From positions 32,798,001 through 32,862,000 of the forward strand of contig NC_059433.1 of NCBI RefSeq assembly GCF_021028975.2: a stretch of 64,000 nt of DNA. Direction: 5' to 3'. Below are positions 1 through 12,428 of this stretch, in pieces. The DNA is from Sphaerodactylus townsendi. Lineage: Eukaryota. The position numbers and the translations under genes are program-made. Numbering within the stretch: position 1 is the first letter of the stretch; every line of letters begins with the position of its first letter. Under the pieces are notes generated by a model, which saw only the letters and a program-made list of their open reading frames with translations, made no database searches and was not told the DNA's origin.

Positions 1-3000
1 AAAACAGTGTTATGGATAGGAAGTTCACATGGCTGCTGCTGCTGCAGAAACGACGCTTCAGCGATGCAACAATGCTCCAGTGGCCCCACAATGGTGTATT
101 TGAAAATCACTCAACGAGTGAGTCTTTTCAACAGTGGCGCTCTGCAGCTGGTATTGTGCAAAGCGCCCACCGGGAATCAGTGCTGCAGAGCCCGCCCCCC
201 ACAATGGCAGCCCACACTGGCCAATCCTGGTGCTGAACGCCCATGATGTCTACCCTGGGAAAAAAACGCCATTTGCAAAGTGCAGCCCTGTGAAGTGCCA
301 GGGTTCAGCCGATGCGCTACTTGTCTACGGAGCACCCGCCCATGTGAACGTTCCGTTGCTGCAGTGTTGCCAATGGCACCGATGGCACAATGCTGTAATT
401 GGCTGTGCAGAAATGGCCAAAGTGTTACCAACCCCCAGTGATCACAACAATTGCAGGTCTGATAGCCCGCAGGAAGAGCTGCTGTCACACTGCCCACCAG
501 AAAATGAGGGGGAAATACCCTACCAGGTTATTTCATTCCACTAGCAGGACAGAGCCTTGTACACAGCCAGGGGACAACTGCAGCCAGGGAAGATTCCTTC
601 ACTGAGACTGGGGCATTTAGGGGCAGGATGATGAAACCAGTAGAGAGGGGAGTCATCTCTATGCATTCCACAGAGGCACTTGCAATGTTCCCCAGACCCT
701 CCCAGCTTCAGGGTTCTCCAGATCCATGTAGATAAGGTCAGGGAGAGTAACTGAGCAAGCTACTGGGTCCTTGAACCTCCTCCAATAAAGAGTCTGGCAT
801 CATTTAGACTGTTCCTGATGATTACTGGCAAGATTACTAGGCCTGCTTTTGGAGTGCCCTTTCTTGAATGCCTGCCTTGTTCCGACCGCACTAGATGTTG
901 AAGGAAAGGAGCATTTGGTGAGGGAGGGTGAAATGATGTTGGCTTCCTACAGTCAGCTCTCCATGGTAGTGGCATTTCAGTATGACAAGCCCTTGTAAGC
1001 ACACCAAAGAGAAAGGTTGTGTAGGCAGCAAAATGCTGGCCATGTTTAAAAAGGAATTGAAGGAGATTCTGGAAAGTGGCACAAAACACACTTGACACTG
1101 GCAGAACTATGATATGAAATAGGAAATGACTGTCCAGATTTTGGTGCTGGACGGGCTAGCACTGTCCTTACTTCCCACATAACTCCATTTGACAACCTAA
1201 GTGGAATGAGCAAGCAGGCTGTTCACCTGCTTTATTGCTGGTTTTGCAATTGCTTTTTATGATCTATCTTATTTATTTAAAACATTTTGATCCTACTTTA
1301 TTTCCTCAGACTCACCACCTGGTGACCTGCCTTAAGTAGATCTCTGGAAGTATGGATGATCAATTCTTTAGATGTACATAAGAAAGATGCATTCAAACTC
1401 TTGATTGTGCAGATGTTTTACACTTGTTTAGAAAGTATCACCATTCCTCGAGAGGCTCTCCAATTTTATTACAATTTATTTTTTTGTAATTCATTTTTTA
1501 AAATCATTGTGTGCTGTCGTTTCCCCCTCCTCCATCAGCATTTGCTGTTGCTTTATTTTAGTGACTACAATCAGTGGCTTCAATTAAAGAAAACAGCAAC
1601 AGAAATTGTTAAAAGGACAGACCAGCCTCATTTATCTCCTCTTCTTACTAAAATGTCAGCTTTCTGTGCAACCTGCAGAACAAGCCAACCATCATATCCC
1701 CTGCACGCGCACAGGCTGAGAGGAGGAAAGCTGCCTGGTTTTAACTAAGTGCAAACAATTAAAACACAGCAGCACAAAGAAATAGACAGACCCCAGGGCC
1801 CTGAGCTCTGGAGGAAGGGTGTGTCCCAGAGATGTGGATATTTGTGAAGTAACCTTCTAGCAAACAGCCGTTACCACTTGTGGATCAGCCTAATTCCCTC
1901 TCCCTTGCAGATTGTTCTATTCTCCGTGCCCTTTCTTTCTCTCCAATTATAAAGCAGCGCCAGGTTTTCTCATCAGCCATCTCCATGTCTTCAAATGGCT
2001 TTTCAGTGTCAGACCTATCAGGAAATTAACTCATCATGCAGTGACAGCTGCTAATTTTTTCCCCTTACATGTCAGATGGATCGCCTGCTGAAGCTAATAA
2101 TGAATCACCAATCCCTGATTAGAAGGTGCTTCTGAAATGTATAACTGCCATCTGAGCTAACTTTTTTCTTGATATAAAATGATATCACCCTGGAGGAGTA
2201 GAAAACGAATTGTATTCTTCAACAAGATGAAACAGAGGATAGGCTGTTTAAAGTGAGCTGTGTGCTATTTGAAATTATGGGCTAATATAGAACTGTAAAA
2301 TAAAGGGGAGGGTTCCACTGTTCTTTTACCAAATGAATTACTCTTTTGTATTACACAATCCATTCACTAGAACTAACTCTTCAGAACAAGCTTTGCTCCA
2401 GTGGGTTCTTTATGACAGTTCTGTTCAGGAAATATGCAACATGGAGGTGTCTTGCCAGGGGCTCTGACCCCCAGCCCTCCACCCCCAAAGTCTCCTAAAG
2501 CTGGACCTCGTTTGGATGCAGTTTTGGGTCTGCCTTAGGCAGGAACATTCACTACAAATAATTCCTCACATTTGCTTCTGTAAACATAACAAAAGGGTTT
2601 CTTGAAGGACTCTACCATCAACACCAATGTTGTGAAGGCAGTATTCATAATTGACAGCCAGGCCTGAAGCATTGTGCATGATCCACATGCGGATATTTCT
2701 TGGCGCATCAGCTCTTGGCTCCAGTTCATCTAACTTCTGTGGTGAACTGGCTGTGGGTTGGGAGATGAAACAACATTTAGCTTTGGGCTTTTGTTGTTTT
2801 GCCTTTGTTCTATTTATTCTGCATTCAAGTTTCTGCGTTAAAGTTACATTTTTTTCCTGAAACATAACAGGAGACACTGCTAGAAGTTGCATGTTTTATT
2901 GGGGAAGGCTATGGATAGATACTTTTCCATTTCCTGTCTCTAAAATCAGAGGCAGAGATGCTATTGGTCAAACAAGTCTAGCAGGTATCTGTTCTGACCT

Positions 3001-3419
3001 GGAATAAACTGGATGGCTGAGGATATTCTGTGCTGAGGGAATAGGCATTATAAATGCTTAGAAGTGCTCTTTTCATCATTATTTGATATGCTGTAGTCCA
3101 TTGCTGTGCGATTTGAAACAGAGTTCAGAGCAAAGCAGATAATGCCTTAGATGTTCTGGTTTAAAGAGGCGGAAGACCTTGTTTCTTCTCAGTTTCACCT
3201 TTTCATAGAACACAGTCAGGGTACATTGGGATATATACTTGAAATTAAAGGGCACTCTGAATTTGACACAGTTGCTCCAGAATTCAGAGTCTGCTATTTG
3301 GAAATATTTCGGTGTAACTGGATTTTCAAATATTTAATTTATTGGTCTTACCTAAACAACAGGTTCTTCAGTTTCTGCGGGGTAGGTTAGGCTAAGGAGT
3401 AGTAACTGCTTTTAAATGT

Positions 3420-3520
3420 TTAACTATTTTTATACTGTTCCTTTATATGCTGTACACTGCCCAGAGCCCTTCGGGGATGGGGCGGTATAAAAGCCTAATA
3501 AATAAATAAATAAATAAATA
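3420..3520 (+). mobile_element. LINE (L2-like) 3' end with (TAAA)n tail
   Basis: tgtacactgcccagagcccttcggggatggggcggtataaaagcc followed by (taaa)n, a typical squamate L2-type terminus. Confidence 0.65.
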
Positions 3521-4795
3521 ACTGGCTGACAGCCATACAGGATGTTTCCTCAACAAAGTAGAGACATGCACCTGGACTTTACCATGTATAAAGACCAACA
3601 AGTGAAGACACGAGTTTTAAAACGAATCTGTTTATTTGCTGATACACTTCTAGAGTATCAGTAGTGTGAGGATGAGGAGAAGAATGAAGAGCATATTCTC
3701 AAGCAGGCTGCTGATGTAAATTGTTGCAGGGAGAATAAAGTTGGGGTGGGTGGGTGGGGGTTGCTGCTCTACAGACTTCCAGGATCCAATTCCAAACACT
3801 GGTATGTTTAAGCTAGTGAAAAGCATATCTTGTCCTGAGCTTGGTAGAAAGAAACGGGACATACCCCCAAACCATAGGAAGCAGGTCTTATTAATCTAGG
3901 TTTCCAGAGAAGCCTTTGAACACTTCCTGCACCCCCCACCCTTTTATGCAAAGGTCTGCTCTTTTCATTGTGCATACAATGTGATTGCTGGTTTGACACT
4001 GCAGGCTACACTGGTTTTATGAAGGATTAAATGCCACCTGAGACATATTTATCCTAAATAAATCACAAATGGTAAACTGCAACATGTCAATGTCAACACC
4101 CTGTACTGCAGCGGAAAGGTTAGCCATACAGGACGGAGCATAGCAGAGAATTAGCATCCAAGCCACAAGACCAGAGGGCTCCAGTTAACAGGCAAAATGA
4201 TCAGGAAGAAATCTTTTCAATAAAAAACATCCCTCTGAGCATCTGCAAGAATCTTGCAGAGGGCCATCATTTTGTAAAGGTCACCTTTTTCCTGATAACA
4301 AACGGGAGTTGATCCTGTCACTGTTTTGCTGAAGACAGTATTTTAAAAAGCAGTGAGCGGCCTGTCACTTTTAAGAAGGATGAGCAACTCATCCTCGGCT
4401 AATTATGAATCTCAGCGTCTTTCTTGAAATTTTACTTTTTTTTGGCTCATCTGACACATCGAACCTGAAAAATAACAACAACAAAGTCTCTGCCACCTTG
4501 AGAAGTGCATGTTCTGTTCAGCACCTTGAGAAATAGATGCAGAAGTACTTTCTTCCAGAGGAGAATGCAGCTCACTCTCTTCCCTATATCTTATTCTATG
4601 ATGTACACTGAATATATTTTCTTCTCATCCTCCTCTCATCTCAGAGGTGGACACACACATACAAGTGCAATTGCAAATGAACTCCACCTAGACACATGCA
4701 AATGCATCTCATCCCTCCACCACCACAAACAAATGCTCAACTTCACAAAACACTCTGCACCGCGCCATGGACAGAAACACATCTTACCTTTACAA

Positions 4796-4922
4796 TCCTC
4801 TGAAAAGTCCAGACATAGTTGCAGGTGAAACATTAGGAGCTAAAACTACCAGACCACAGCCACACTGGCCAAAAAAACTGCAACAGTCAGTTGTTTCCAG
4901 CCATGAATGCCTTTGACAATAT
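4796..4922 (+). mobile_element. Penelope-like element pLTR fragment (degenerate)
   Basis: tcctctgaaaagtccagacatagttgcaggtgaaacattaggagctaaaac...ccagccatgaatgcctttgacaata aligns by eye with the copy at 46815-47024. Confidence 0.7.
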
Positions 4923-4985
4923 ATTTCCTTCTTTGTTTATACGCTTTGGACCATAACCCATTAGAAAAGCACACTGAATATTTGT

Positions 4986-5072
4986 CAGTGCAATTCTAAG
5001 CAGAGTCACACCCTTTAATCCCATTTACTTCAATGGATAGCAAAAGGTATAATTCTGTTTAGAATGACACTG
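4986..5072. mobile_element. Short palindromic MITE
   Basis: cagtgcaattctaagcagagtcacaccc ... ggtataattctgtttagaatgacactg forms imperfect inverted arms around a ccatt..caatgg core. Confidence 0.65.
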
Positions 5073-5369
5073 CAAGAAATACAGCTCTTTTGTTCATTCA
5101 CCCAGAAAGTTAGCCGGACAAACAGACAGAAAAGAAACATGGATAGACATGGCAGATCAGGCTGAATCCAGCTTGGAACACACTAGCTGCGCATGGCATC
5201 CAATAGTGGCTCAGTAAACCTCCTCTTTTTAGCCTGCTCAAGGCTGTGAAAATAGAGGGACTGTAAAGCATCAAGGGCCGTGTACAGTTTGGTGCAGGAT
5301 TGTTACTAACAGCATCAATCTCTCTCAGCTCAAAGTTAGATTTGTTTATTGATTTATATTAAAAATCAT

Positions 5370-6404
5370 GATAATTCTTTTAATGCTATCTTTTTATTGG
5401 AAAGAACAAAAAAAGCCTGTTACAGTTTTTTTTAGAACAGAAGCATTTGAATATGAAACCTCTTTTCAACCAGAACTTATATTGAACAATCATCACATCC
5501 ACCATTAGATAATTGATATTTGGATCCAGTAAGAACTCATGGTCAACTTTCTTCCACTTGCTAAAGTCCATGTCAGAATTTTAAAGAAAAAAAAAAAGCT
5601 TGTGCAATTCTGTACTGTTTCAAAAAAGTAATTCACAAAATGAACTGCAAAATAGTATTCATGTAAAGCACTATTGGCTAAAAAGAACATCAAAACATCA
5701 AATGAACATTTGAAATGAAAAAGCTACTGACAGAAAAATTAAATTGAACTTATGGACACAAAGGCCTTTCCGAATCAAGACAGGTTTTTTTGTGTGAATA
5801 TTTCATTTTCACACTGTGCTATGTTGATAATAAAGAATTCTGCTTGTTAAATGGGGGTAAACTGCAAAAAGGCAATTTTTTAAAGGTAGCACAAACATAT
5901 CATGAAAGTACAACATCAGGAACATTGGATTTTGTGTAGGGAAAGAGCTTGGAATGCCTGGTTGACTTTTTGAATGGAAAATTATTGTAAATACAGAAGG
6001 CAACTTTAAACTACCAACTTTTATTGCATCCCTCAGCTAGGTGACAGGAGTGCATTTATTTTTAATTTTCTCTGCAAAGTGAGAAACATGTCAAGGTTAA
6101 CATAATTAATCGAAAAAAACAACAAAAGTTGTGATTAGGTCATCATAATGCCGTGAAATGCTGATTCACGGAATTAAATTTATACCTTTGCTTGTGGCAC
6201 CTTTTTATTTTTATTTTGTAAAACTTGTAATGTTTGCAGTTTTTTGACCATTTCTAATCATGCCTTTGTTCCAAGACAGAAAGAATTTCCTTTCTGTACA
6301 GCATTCCCAGTTGACATTAACTTCAGACTGAATGTGTTGGCTATCTGGGTAGAAGAATATAATTCATGAATGTTGACAAATTAAATATAATGTCTCCAAG
6401 TGTT
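5370..6404 (-). other. ZNF407: Probable ZNF407 3'UTR
   Basis: AT-rich, repeat-free sequence downstream of the stop. AATAAA hexamers occur on the minus strand at about 6203, 6055, 6020, 5393-5398 and 5345. The exact end is uncertain. Confidence 0.6.
5393..5398 (-). terminator. Candidate polyadenylation signal AATAAA
   Basis: tttatt on the + strand, at the distal end of a U-rich, UTR-like tract. Alternative hexamers exist nearby. Confidence 0.45.
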
Positions 6405-7816
6405 TCATTTTATCCTCCACCTAAGCTGTGAGAACTCTAATTCTTTCTGAATTACTTCCTGTAATTCATTACTATTTCTTTGGTCCTGGATAACAGCTGT
6501 TTGTGAACCCTCCTCAGTATAAATGACCATACTAGAAAGGTGTTCACCATTTCCATCAGAAGATATACTATCAGAGTTTACTAGAGTGCCAGCCTGCAAA
6601 ATCTCTTGAGGCTCAACTGTGTCTATCACAGTATGTGAATATACTCCAGACTCGTTCTCTAACTGCTGCGGTAATCCTGTTACTATGTAATGGGTGGCAC
6701 CTTCAGAAAAGTTGCTGTTAGAATCCTGAACCATGGCTTGAGCTATTTCCTCTGTGACAATGATTTGTGAAATTTCTCCATCAGGCCCAACCAAGTCCAT
6801 ATGTTCACTCTGGACACTCAGAGTATGACTGCCGGCTTCTTGCATTATTATCTGAGAACCTTCTCTAGCCACCATATGCACAGTCCCTTCCTCATTCAAA
6901 ATAACCTGAGTGACACCTTCTTTCATCAGCTGGTCTGCTGCAGCTGTATCACATACTGCAAACTGTAACACGCCTTCGACCATTTTCTTGAAGGTGACCT
7001 GTGCTCTCTCTTGAGATGCAATTATGGTAGATGGGTGCACAACCTGTGTTACTACTTCCACAGGTTGTCTCTCTTCATCAGTCCCTTGAATTTCATGGAA
7101 CATCTGTGTTTCCTGAACTATGCTGTCATTAGAGACAATGTGTGCTTCTGGATTTGAGATCTGCAGTGCATCTTTATGATCAAGCTGTGTTCTGTCCAGG
7201 AGTCCTGCCTTGTTCTCTGCTTCACCAAGCTCTGTTACAGCACAAAGCAAGGCATCTAAGGCCGAGGCAGACTCCGGTGGGTGTAGTCTTGTAACCTCTG
7301 TTGGATCTAAAATCTCCTGTCTCATTATCTGCTGTACCATAGCATTACTAGAGTCTGAAGCTGTTTCTATGGAAACAGCATCTCCAATATCAGTCCCTCT
7401 TAGAGGGCCTTCAACGACAACCACTTGTGTTTTCCCATCTGGCAACTGTTCAGTGAGTATTTGTCCTGGAATCATGCTGCTCACTTGAGAGCCATTTTGA
7501 CTGGTGGTTATAACTTGTCCATCCTCAGTAATATGAACAACTCTTGCCACTTGGCCAGCCATGGCCAATGTCTGAAGCGTAGCTGCTGCTGTTTCCTCAA
7601 CCGAGGCATCAATTGAAAAATCACTGTCATAGCCTTGAATAATAATCACTTGCTGAACTTGTTCTGTGGATGGTAGTTGTCTTCCATCAGTTTGAAGAAC
7701 CTTCTCTATAACTGGAGACATTTCTTCCAGTGCTACTGTGGAAAAAGGGCTAGTGGTTTCCACAAATGTAGCTCCTTGACCCTTCAGCCGACATTCATAG
7801 GACTTAGAAACTATGC
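6405..7816 (-). CDS. ZNF407: Zinc finger protein 407, terminal coding exon (acidic, Q/V-rich C-terminal region)
   Basis: The 452-aa ORF 6405-7763 extends upstream to a canonical acceptor (minus strand ctctttttttctag|GC, exon starts at 7816, phase 1). It reads (G)IVSKSYECRLKGQGATFVET...SVEETAAATLQTLAMAGQVARVVHITEDGQVI...SALDALLCAVTELGE...QERAQVTFKKMVEGVLQFAVCDTAAA, which matches the ZNF407 C-terminus as I recall it. Stop TGA at 6405-6407. Confidence 0.95.
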
Positions 7817-8500
7817 CTAGAAAAAAAGAGATAAATAGTTCAAAAATGTTGACATAATTAAAAACAATTCACTTGCTCAAAACAAGGCAAGGATTTATAA
7901 TATATGCTAATGATATTAATCCACATTTTAGTTTCTATTTGTATGTTATATTAACATAGTCAGTTATACAAAATTAATCATTTGCAGAAGATGACCCTTG
8001 TTTGGACTATCTAGTTTAGAATCCCATTTGTAAAATGATTTCTGAAGGCTGCGTCATCAGACAAATACTCTGGGGCTTCAACCAAGTACCTTTAGATTCA
8101 GGGGCTGAGGCCCTAAAGATTGGGTTGCTGCTTCATGGGTCCCAATAATGCAAGATATGGCGGTCCATTGACTAAATACATTTTTAATCTTTAATCGAAA
8201 AGGATTATTTTACTTTTAAACCTTTTAATTAACTGATTACATTTGTGTGCTACAAAAACTCATAGAAGAAAGCTTTTTGAGGAATTATGTTTCTCTTAAT
8301 AATAACAATAACAAGCAATTGGTTGTTGTTAGAAGGTCACCTTTAATACTTTCTTATTACATTTGAGAACAAGAAAGATTCCAAACTGCAGTAGTATATG
8401 CTAAAATGAAAATAGTTTCAAAGAGAGACAAGTTGACATGCTTATTGACACTGATTTCACCTGATCAGTTTTGACATAGTGCCCATTGTCATCATAGTTT

Positions 8501-9325
8501 CACTAGCAGCAAAGCCCATTGCAGGGGAGATGCAATGGGCCCTAGCAAAAGGTCAAAGAGGAAGCATCTCCCTCTGCAATGGGCTTACTGGGGCTGGAGT
8601 GGCGCCCACTCCACCCTTCCTTGCAGTGCGCCACTTACCTGGGTCTGGCTTGGGGTGGGTAGGGAGGTGAGGATATGGGGAAGGTGAACAGGAGTGGCTT
8701 TGGTGGGGAGAGGGTGGCAAAGTGAGTGTTGGGGTGGAGGAGGGTTGAAAGGTGTGGCTAGGAGTGGGGGAGGGTGGCAAGGTGAATTTTGGGGTGGGAG
8801 AGGGTGACAAGAGGTGGGGAGGGGAGGGGAGAGGGTGGCAAGAGGTGGGGAGAGGTTGGCAAGGGGTTGGAGTGAGTGGCAAGGAATGGCTAGGGGTGGG
8901 GGAGGGTGGCAGGGGGTGGCGGAGGTGGCAAGGGGTTGGAGAGGGTGGCAAGGGGTGGAGAGAGGGTGGCAGGGGGTGGCTAGGGGTGGGGGAGGGTAGC
9001 AGTGATGGCTAGGGATGGGGATGGTGGGAAAGGGTGGCTAGTGATGGAGTGGGGTGGCAAGGGGTTGGAGAAGGTAGCAAGGGATGGCTAGGGGTGGAGG
9101 GAGGATGGCAAGGGGTGGGGAGGGGTTGGGGAAGGTGGCAAGGGAAAGTGGCAAGAGGATAGGAGGGGGTGGGGGAGCATTTTGCGGGGCCTATTTTGGC
9201 CAGCATGGCTGGGAAGGGCGGGAGGGGCAGGGGAGGCTTTTGCCAGGCGGCAATGGCCAATTAGAGTGCAGTACGAACTGGGCTTTTCCCTGGGCTTTTC
9301 CCTGTGCATCCTGCACACTAATTAG
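8501..9325. repeat. G-rich minisatellite (about 22-bp unit, ggggtgggggagggtggc-like) inside a probable non-autonomous Helitron/Helentron-like element
   Basis: Tandem G-rich degenerate units at about 8640-9240. The left end has actag followed by a perfect 10-bp hairpin gcccattgca-N7-tgcaatgggc (8514-8540), with an inverted copy at about 8563-8588. Confidence 0.55.
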
Positions 9326-9761
9326 CTAAGGACTTTCGAACCCTTAGTCAATTATGTATAGAGATTTTGAAAGGTAAACTATTTGCTAGATTTATATACA
9401 AGTAGGAATAATACGCCACTTCAAATTATTTTTGCAGGGGTGAAGGAATTGTATCTTTGTATGATGCCAGCGCTCCAAAATCTTCGCCCATTCACAATAC
9501 CACCAATCAATCATTTAATCAGCAATTAAAATTGTGAATGATTGCTGAAAGCTCCGAACAATGGTTGAAAGTTTTCAGAGTCACTTCTGAAGAAAACATG
9601 GAAAACATTCTTTCGGAGTTGCTAGACAGAGCTTTGAACATGCAACAAATATGACTATGTAGTATAAGACGATTTTCACAAAAAAGACAAAGGTGTAGTT
9701 TATGTCACTGCTAACTATTAAGATCAAATAGCACAAAAGTTTAGAAAAAGCTGTCACTTTA

Positions 9762-9925
9762 GGAGCCATAGTCCAGTGGTGGAACGTGCGCTTTGCAGGC
9801 AGAAAGTCCTAAATCCAATCTGTAGCATCTCCATCTAAAAAGATCAGGTAGGAGGTGATGTGAAAGACCTCTACCATGAATGCCGGGGACAATACTGACC
9901 TTTATACACTAATAGTCTATTCAGT
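9762..9925 (+). mobile_element. tRNA-derived SINE (tRNA-Ala-like head)
   Basis: ggagccatagtccagtggtggaacgtgcgctttgcaggcagaaagtcc... gatcaggtaggaggtgatgtgaaagacctct...acaatactgacct. Same family as 19158-19360. Confidence 0.7.
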
Positions 9926-12208
9926 AGGTGCAGAATCAGCCTGGGAGCCACCACAAATGCTATCTGCATTGTAGCAAACCCTAAAATCAACACATGTCCA
10001 AATGATATTTTTCTCTCAAGACCAGAGTCATAGCTAGCCTAGGAGTTGAGTTTAAATACAGAATATGATGGTAACCTGAAAAAATCCAGCTCTATACTAA
10101 AAACAACAACAACCCTGCTATAATGTTACATAGGATTATTAAATATTAGATCTGAAGTCTTGATGGTTGTTTTTGGTAAGGAAAAATAACAATTCAAAGG
10201 TGTTATCGAATGTCCACAGTGATACTACCTGACCTGGCATGTACTAGTTAATTAAAAGTTGAAAGGAAAAAGCTATAGGAAAGTACATAATGGTGTCTGC
10301 TTTTTTGTATTTACACTTCTCTCTCTCTCTTTCTGTGGGCATAAACATACTCAAGGCATCCAATATGGAGCAGAAGGGGGGGGGGGATCAACACCAAGGG
10401 GCAATGATTTTCTTAAACTGATCCCAGATTCATAATACAATTGGTGTAATTAATTCTCTCAGGAATCCAGCTTTTGTTGACATGATGTAAGATGAGGCTT
10501 AGAATGATATGGCCTCAAATCAAAATGCCAGGACGAAACCTATTTTTCTGTAGCTATCAGTCAAAATAATTCCTCAGATCAAAATCTTACACTGGACACA
10601 CACATTGTGACACAAGCGAGAGGGCTAGAATGGAGGAAGAAGGGGAAGAAGATAAAGGCACACATTCCTCCCTGTAGCTTCAGGGGGAAATGCTGCATCT
10701 GTGAATTTATGCATCTCCAGTCTTTACTCAGCAATTGAATGAGAAGTCTCTTGGGGGTTGAGTTATCCTGTAAATTCCTTGCAGCACTGATAATTATGCC
10801 ATTCTGACTGCTTGCTTAATCTATCTGAATCCAGAGGTGAGTTAAGCTACTTCCTGACCATTAAAGTAAACTACATGGGTAAATACTGCTGTCACTAAAG
10901 GGGTGTGATGAAGCTTAACTACACCAACATCTTAACCTCGGCTCAGTGCAACCCCAGCTATTCCATCACAGTTCATAAATGCGATTGCAGGTCCATCTTT
11001 TGATTCAGCAATTTAATAACTTCGAGTGCTGTCAGTAGTTCTTTGAAAAATGGATCCTATAAAATGTAACAGCCTCAATCAGATTGTAAAAGATTCACCC
11101 ACTGAAGATTCTTCCATTTCAACTATAATGAATTAATGTTGAGCTGTGTAGAAGTTCAAGTGTCAGTTAAACTAATGGGAATCTGTACTGTAAGTTTAAA
11201 TTTTAACTGGACCAAAAATTTATTGGGAACATCAACTTCAATTTTAGTGATCTTCATGGTAAATGTAAAATGTAGAACTGAATGGATATCCTTTGTGTTG
11301 GAAGAAGGGAATCTAAAAGAAGAAATATGTATTGTAGAAGTATGTTTTGAGGGTTAGTTATGGCAAAACATTTTTAATGTATCTACAGTATTTTTTCCAC
11401 TTTAGTTACAACATTTAATTAGAAAAATAACTGTCCCATATACAACATCAAGTAATGCTGTACTACTAAACTCTTATATTTAAACAATTTACTTGAGACC
11501 TGTGCTGGTGGGGAAGACTTGAGACAATTTTACTATGGTAAATCTGAATCTCAGACATAAACCCCTTATTATAATAAAACTATACTTGCCGCTGATGACC
11601 TGTCATTATAATGTGAAAATGAATAGAAATCCTTTCTGAAATGGCAAAGCACAATGATGCAAGAACCTACCAAGGAAAAAAAAGTAGAGGTGTTTCATAT
11701 CTTCAGGTACCATGATCAGAGAACTGGTTACTTTCCAAGAAATTCTGTATTTTCAACAGATCTCTTATTTATCAGCTGGCATTTTTACCTATTCTTCTTT
11801 CAAAAACCAAATGTGTCAAATATTTTTGTACATTAAATTCATATTTGCACATTCAAAGGCCACCTACTTAGAAAAATGGGATATAAGAAAGGGGTTTTTT
11901 TTCCTGCGTGATTAATGCAAACAATGTACGGCATATATGGTGTCTGGCTAGGTTTCTGAACCCAGAAACCAACTGCTTTCTGTTGTGTGCCTGTATTATT
12001 TTTGTTACAGTCTTTACTTCCCTGTCCTTCTGCCCTCCCAGAATAAATACCTTATTCTTTTGTTAAGCCCACATTTAATTAAAATGTACAGGATTTGTGC
12101 ACTCAACTCAAATGAAACAAATAAAACAAGGGCCCCCTCTCTTGAAGGCATACGTTGTGAATGAAAAATGTCATTACAGTCTAAAATTTTTTGCCGTAAA
12201 CAGGGCCT

Positions 12209-12428
12209 NNNNNNNNNNNNNNNNNNNNNNNNNNNNNNNNNNNNNNNNNNNNNNNNNNNNNNNNNNNNNNNNNNNNNNNNNNNNNNNNNNNNNNNNNNNN
12301 NNNNNNNNNNNNNNNNNNNNNNNNNNNNNNNNNNNNNNNNNNNNNNNNNNNNNNNNNNNNNNNNNNNNNNNNNNNNNNNNNNNNNNNNNNNNNNNNNNNN
12401 NNNNNNNNNNNNNNNNNNNNNNNNNNNN
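12209..12428. other. Assembly gap (others at 39616-39915, 41494-41634, 41655-41802, 47708-47847, 54752-54923)
   Basis: Runs of N. Confidence 0.99.

Noticed and set aside
4796-4838. Second hammerhead ribozyme
   Set aside because: Core is mutated (CUGAAAA, GAAAC-AUU); predicted inactive.
8553-9329. Pro-rich and Gly/Trp-rich ORFs
   Set aside because: Translations of the G-rich minisatellite.
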